Positions 44,100-47,496 of a DNA stretch of 47,496 bases are shown here, in pieces; the stretch's first letter is position 1, and each line of letters begins with the position of its first letter. The stretch is from positions 1,491 through 48,986 of the forward strand of contig CAYRCZ010000004.1 of NCBI GenBank assembly GCA_964423055.1, in the 5' to 3' direction. This DNA comes from Candidatus Woesearchaeota archaeon. Its GTDB lineage: Archaea; Nanobdellota; Nanobdellia; Pacearchaeales; GW2011-AR1. The translations under genes were made by a program, and so were the position numbers. A model generated the notes under the pieces. It had not been told where the DNA came from. It saw only the letters and a program-made list of their open reading frames with translations, and did no database searches.

Positions 44100-45776
44100 A
44101 TGAAAGATTTTTCTAAAGAAATACTTGCATATGCTTTACAAAATGCTATGGAGCATGGTAAGGCTGACGCTGGAAGAGTGCTCACTAAATTATTCCAACA
44201 TGGGCTTGACAGGAAAGAAATTCCTTTAATTGTGAAAGATATTGCAAAGACCGTTTCCGATGTTAACTCTATGAATGAAAAACAAAGAGAAGAATTATTT
44301 TCTAAGATGGACGATGTTGTGAAAAAACATGATAAAACTGAAGATTATGAGCTGCCAGAATTACCTCCTAGCGAAATTGGGAAGAAAATGGTTTTACGTC
44401 TTGCTCCTTTTCCTTCTGGTGCTTTACACTTAGGAAACGCTAAGACTTTCTTACTTAATGCTCTTTATTCTGAAAAATATAATGCTGATTTGCTTCTTGT
44501 AATGGATGATACTATTGGAAGTGCTGAAAAAGCTCTTATGAAAGATAGTTATGATTTAATCCCAGAAGGATTCAAATGGTTAGGGGTCGAGACTAAAAAA
44601 ACTTATTATAAATCTGATAGGCTTGAAATTTATTATGAATATGCTGAAAAATTAATTGAAATGAATAAAGCATATGTTTGTTATTGTAAAACGGATGAAT
44701 TAAGAAAAAATAGGGCTGAGGCTAAGGAATGTTCATGTAGGCAATATCCAATTGGTATTGTAAAGGCTAGATGGAAGGAAATGTTTGAGCCTAGAGTTAA
44801 GGAAGGAGAGGCATCATTACGATTAAAGACCGACATGCAACACCCTAATCCTGCTTTTAGAGATAGAGTTTTGTTTAAAATTGCAGATAGGCCACACCCA
44901 AGAGTTGGAACAAAATACCGCGTATGGCCTTCATTAGAAATGACTTGGGCAATTGATGATCATCTACTCGGAATCACTCACATCATAAGAGGAAATGATT
45001 TGATGATCGAGTCAGATATGGAAAAATATATTTGGGATTTATTTAAATGGAAACATCCAGTTTTGATACATTGTGGAAAAGTTAGACTTGAAGGGGTTGG
45101 TGGAACACTTTCTAAATCTAAAGCGCAAAAAGAAGTTACTTCAGGACAATTTACTGGTTGGGATGATCCTAGAACTTGGTCAGTACAATCACTCGCTAGA
45201 AGAGGAATAAAACCAGAATCTATTAGAGAATTTGTAAAAAGAATTGGATTGAATAAGCAAGATATTGTAGTTCCTATTGAAGCACTTTATGCAATTAATA
45301 GGCAAATGATTGACTCTGAAACCTTACGTTACTCATTTGTTCAAGATGCTATAAAGCTTAATATCTCAAAAGAAGGCCTGCATGGCGTGGAAAGAGTAGT
45401 CGTTCCTAATCACCCAGATAGACCTGAAGATACAAGAGAAGTTTTAGTTAGCGATGACATAGTAATCTCTGGAAAAGATTTTGAGAAGCATAAAGGAAAT
45501 GAAGTTAGATTGTTACATTTGTTCAATGTTAAAATAGGAAATAAAACTGAAGTAACTTCAGTTGAAAATAAAAAAATACCTAAAATAAATTGGGTTTCTG
45601 TTGGCGCGGTTAAAACTAGAATATTAATGCCTGAAGGAGAATGGGTAGAAGGTTTTTGTGAACCTAATGCTGCTAAAGTTAAAGCTGGAACTATTATTCA
45701 ATTTGAAAGATTTGGTTTTGTAAAATTTGACAGAGTTCACCAAGGAATTGCTGAATATTGGTTCGCACATCCCTGA
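44100..45776 (+). CDS. gltX: Glutamyl-tRNA synthetase, archaeal type.
   Basis: N-terminal GatB/YqeY-like helical domain (ILAYALQNAMEHGKADAGRVL), PSGALHLGNAK (HIGH) and TLSKSK (KMSKS). Confidence 0.9.
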   Translation: MKDFSKEILAYALQNAMEHGKADAGRVLTKLFQHGLDRKEIPLIVKDIAKTVSDVNSMNEKQREELFSKMDDVVKKHDKTEDYELPELPPSEIGKKMVLRLAPFPSGALHLGNAKTFLLNALYSEKYNADLLLVMDDTIGSAEKALMKDSYDLIPEGFKWLGVETKKTYYKSDRLEIYYEYAEKLIEMNKAYVCYCKTDELRKNRAEAKECSCRQYPIGIVKARWKEMFEPRVKEGEASLRLKTDMQHPNPAFRDRVLFKIADRPHPRVGTKYRVWPSLEMTWAIDDHLLGITHIIRGNDLMIESDMEKYIWDLFKWKHPVLIHCGKVRLEGVGGTLSKSKAQKEVTSGQFTGWDDPRTWSVQSLARRGIKPESIREFVKRIGLNKQDIVVPIEALYAINRQMIDSETLRYSFVQDAIKLNISKEGLHGVERVVVPNHPDRPEDTREVLVSDDIVISGKDFEKHKGNEVRLLHLFNVKIGNKTEVTSVENKKIPKINWVSVGAVKTRILMPEGEWVEGFCEPNAAKVKAGTIIQFERFGFVKFDRVHQGIAEYWFAHP

Positions 45777-45788
45777 TTAAATAGGACA

Positions 45789-46118
45789 ATGCAAAAAACA
45801 AAAATTCTTTCTAGAGCTTATAGCTATGAAGGTTTACCCTTAGTTAATGAAGATGACGAGAGATTTAATAGAAATGTTAAGAACTGTGGGTTGACTGGAC
45901 TTTTATTAGGTCTTTCTGCCTCCGCTCCTTCTATGTTAAGATATGAATTTCCTACTGAAGTAGAAGTAGCTTTTTCGATGGGGCTTGCATATTTGGGAAT
46001 GGTTCTTAGTTTAGCTCTTTGTACAAAAGATGGAGATTCTATTAGTGTGGGGGAATATTCTCTTGGTGTTCCGCTGAAAGGGGCAAAAAGGTGCGGAGAT
46101 CATTCATTAGACGAATAA
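45789..46118 (+). CDS. Hypothetical small membrane protein (109 aa).
   Basis: ATG ORF with two hydrophobic segments. Confidence 0.45.
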   Translation: MQKTKILSRAYSYEGLPLVNEDDERFNRNVKNCGLTGLLLGLSASAPSMLRYEFPTEVEVAFSMGLAYLGMVLSLALCTKDGDSISVGEYSLGVPLKGAKRCGDHSLDE

Positions 46119-46166
46119 TTTATAAAGTCTTTTGATGTGTTTTAACTGTAAAGGAGGTTTATGAGA

Positions 46167-46595
46167 ATGTTTAATTCAAAAAAAGGAGTAAGCGAAGTTG
46201 TCGCTAATGTCCTCATAGTACTTCTGGTAATTGTCGGAATTGCTGTTATCTGGTCTGTTGTTAAACCAACAATCGATAAAGGAGCTGCTGGCGTTCAAGC
46301 TGATTGTTTTACAGTAAGTGTAGAACCTGTTAGTTGTACACCAAATGCCGGTAATTATGACATAGTAGTTAAGAGAAACCCTGGATCCGGAACATTTGAA
46401 ACAATAGAGTTATTGTTCGAAGATGCTGCTGGAAACACGGAAGTTGTTACAAGCGGAATAACTACGTTGACAGAACTTGGAACTACAACAGTTGCAGGGG
46501 TTAACCCTACTATGACTACACCAACATCAGTTAATACAGTATTGAGAAGTGGTGGACAATTGTGTCAAGTTACTTCACAACCTGTAGACTGTTAA
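46167..46595 (+). CDS. Archaeal type IV pilin-like protein (class III signal peptide).
   Basis: MFNSKKG/VSEVVANVLIVLLVIVGIAVIW. ggagg SD lies 9 nt upstream of this ATG (the alternative ATG is 46161). Two Cys pairs. Confidence 0.75.
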   Translation: MFNSKKGVSEVVANVLIVLLVIVGIAVIWSVVKPTIDKGAAGVQADCFTVSVEPVSCTPNAGNYDIVVKRNPGSGTFETIELLFEDAAGNTEVVTSGITTLTELGTTTVAGVNPTMTTPTSVNTVLRSGGQLCQVTSQPVDC

Positions 46596-46602
46596 GGTAG
46601 TG

Positions 46603-46637
46603 TTATTTTTATTTTATTTTTTAAAATTTTTTTAAAG
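46603..46637. terminator. Oligo-T/A-rich intergenic tract between convergent genes, a candidate bidirectional archaeal terminator.
   Basis: ttatttttattttattttttaaaattttttt immediately after the pilin stop. Confidence 0.4.
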
Positions 46638-46643
46638 AAGGAG

Positions 46644-46844
46644 TTAGACTAGTTTTCTAGCTTCTTTTACTAAAGGTTGTAGCGTTTTATTACAACTAGA
46701 GCAATTATAGAATTTTTTTGTTATAGGGGTTGAATTTCTTCCAAATGGGAAATTAACTCTTTTCTTTTGCTTTAGAGTTCTACCACATGAACATTCTCTA
46801 GTTGTATCAACTTTTCTAAAAAAATTATTTCTTCTATTATTCAT
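46644..46844 (-). CDS. Small basic zinc-ribbon-like protein (66 aa).
   Basis: CSCG...CSSC pairs, very Lys/Arg-rich. Confidence 0.45.
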   Translation of the reverse strand: MNNRRNNFFRKVDTTRECSCGRTLKQKKRVNFPFGRNSTPITKKFYNCSSCNKTLQPLVKEARKLV

Positions 46845-46973
46845 TGGCTTTGATTATATATAAAAAAGGATTTTCAAAGCCTTATATGGTTTATAACTAG
46901 GTCTCCCATTTCCGAGGGTATATATAGCTATGTAATTAGCATTGTTTATAAATAAGAGAGGTCTATTTTTTTA

Positions 46974-47496
46974 ATGATTAAGAGGAGAGGTTTAAGTTCA
47001 GTAATTGGTGTAGCACTAATAACTCTTGGTACAATTATCGGAGTTTCTCTTTTATGGGCTTTTGTTTCAAGAAATGTTGATGATGCTAGAAACGAAGTTA
47101 CAGACCCAGATTGTTTAACTATAAATTTGGAAGTTGTTAGTTGTAATGCATTTAATGCTTGCAGTTATATGCACGGGAATAATTATTACGAAGCTGATAT
47201 GGTTGTAAGAAGAAATGTAGGTAAGGGAAACATAACTGCCCTAAGGTTTATTTTTGATGATCCTAATGGCATAAGTGGAATTGCTGATAGGGATATAAAC
47301 AGCGTGAATCTCGGAGAACTTGGGAGTGTCAGATTTGCTGAACCATATGGTGGAGTACCCATACCTGTTTATCCTTGGCTTGTTAAGGTAGCAGCTTTAA
47401 TAGGATCTAAGAAAGAAGTCTGTCCTATTACCTCAACTGCTGTTTCTTGCCCTATACTATCTCAATCTTTACCATTAGGAAATGTCGCTAATAGCA
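46974..47496 (+). CDS. Second archaeal type IV pilin-like protein, 3'-truncated by the window end and absent from the ORF track.
   Basis: MIKRRG/LSSVIGVALITLGTIIGVSLLW class III signal. It shares a Cys-pair pattern and the VVRRN/VVKRN motif with 46167-46595. Open frame to the end of the window. TATA tttataaata lies about 25 nt upstream. Confidence 0.65.
   Translation, partial: MIKRRGLSSVIGVALITLGTIIGVSLLWAFVSRNVDDARNEVTDPDCLTINLEVVSCNAFNACSYMHGNNYYEADMVVRRNVGKGNITALRFIFDDPNGISGIADRDINSVNLGELGSVRFAEPYGGVPIPVYPWLVKVAALIGSKKEVCPITSTAVSCPILSQSLPLGNVANS

Noticed and set aside
1-47496. Possibility that the window is bacterial (CPR-like), given dnaK/grpE, GGDEF, RelE/AbrB, DUF305 and DoxX.
   Set aside because: The thermosome, L35Ae and L10e, archaeal-type GluRS, S26B signal peptidase, class III signal-peptide pilins and BRE/TATA promoter architecture all point to an archaeon. 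The bacterial-type genes are better explained as acquisitions.

Overview
This is an AT-rich archaeal chromosome fragment, most consistent with a small-genome, DPANN-like archaeon. Archaeal markers include a thermosome, ribosomal proteins L35Ae and L10e, an archaeal-type GluRS, an ER/archaeal-type signal peptidase and pilins with class III signal peptides. TTTATATA-like TATA boxes sit about 22-30 nt upstream of many ATGs, implying mostly leaderless or short-leader transcripts. I call about 64 protein genes, including four that the ORF track missed or truncated. These are three small ORFs (1970-2122, 28055-28213, 28447-28578) and a pilin gene that runs off the 3' edge. There are three complete tRNAs, Ala-GGC, Gly-GCC and Val-UAC, plus one tRNA truncated at the 5' edge. 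I saw no rRNA, CRISPR array, transposase or integrase. Several gene pairs overlap by ATGA or TAATG, which marks small operons. Housekeeping genes (serS, gltX, ppsA, DEAD-box helicase, thermosome) are interspersed with accessory-looking material. The main second-look items are listed below.
- A GC-rich ~30-40 nt repeat occurs in three copies. Two direct copies bracket a RelE/ParE-AbrB toxin-antitoxin cassette, and one inverted copy abuts the 3' end of tRNA-Gly. A separate 12-nt copy of the tRNA-Gly 3' junction lies 7.8 kb away. Together these outline a possible island that carries grpE-dnaK.
- A complete GGDEF diguanylate cyclase is present in an archaeal context.
- A SNF2 helicase is translationally coupled to a Cys-rich protein.
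- A family of NTase plus helical-domain proteins includes one member with an internal duplication.
- An uncharacterised co-directional four-gene cluster spans 39.2-44.0 kb. It includes a TIM-barrel protein split by a coiled-coil insertion.
- A membrane-protein gene is interrupted by a single in-frame TAG.

All functional calls rest on motif recognition by eye. No database search was run.
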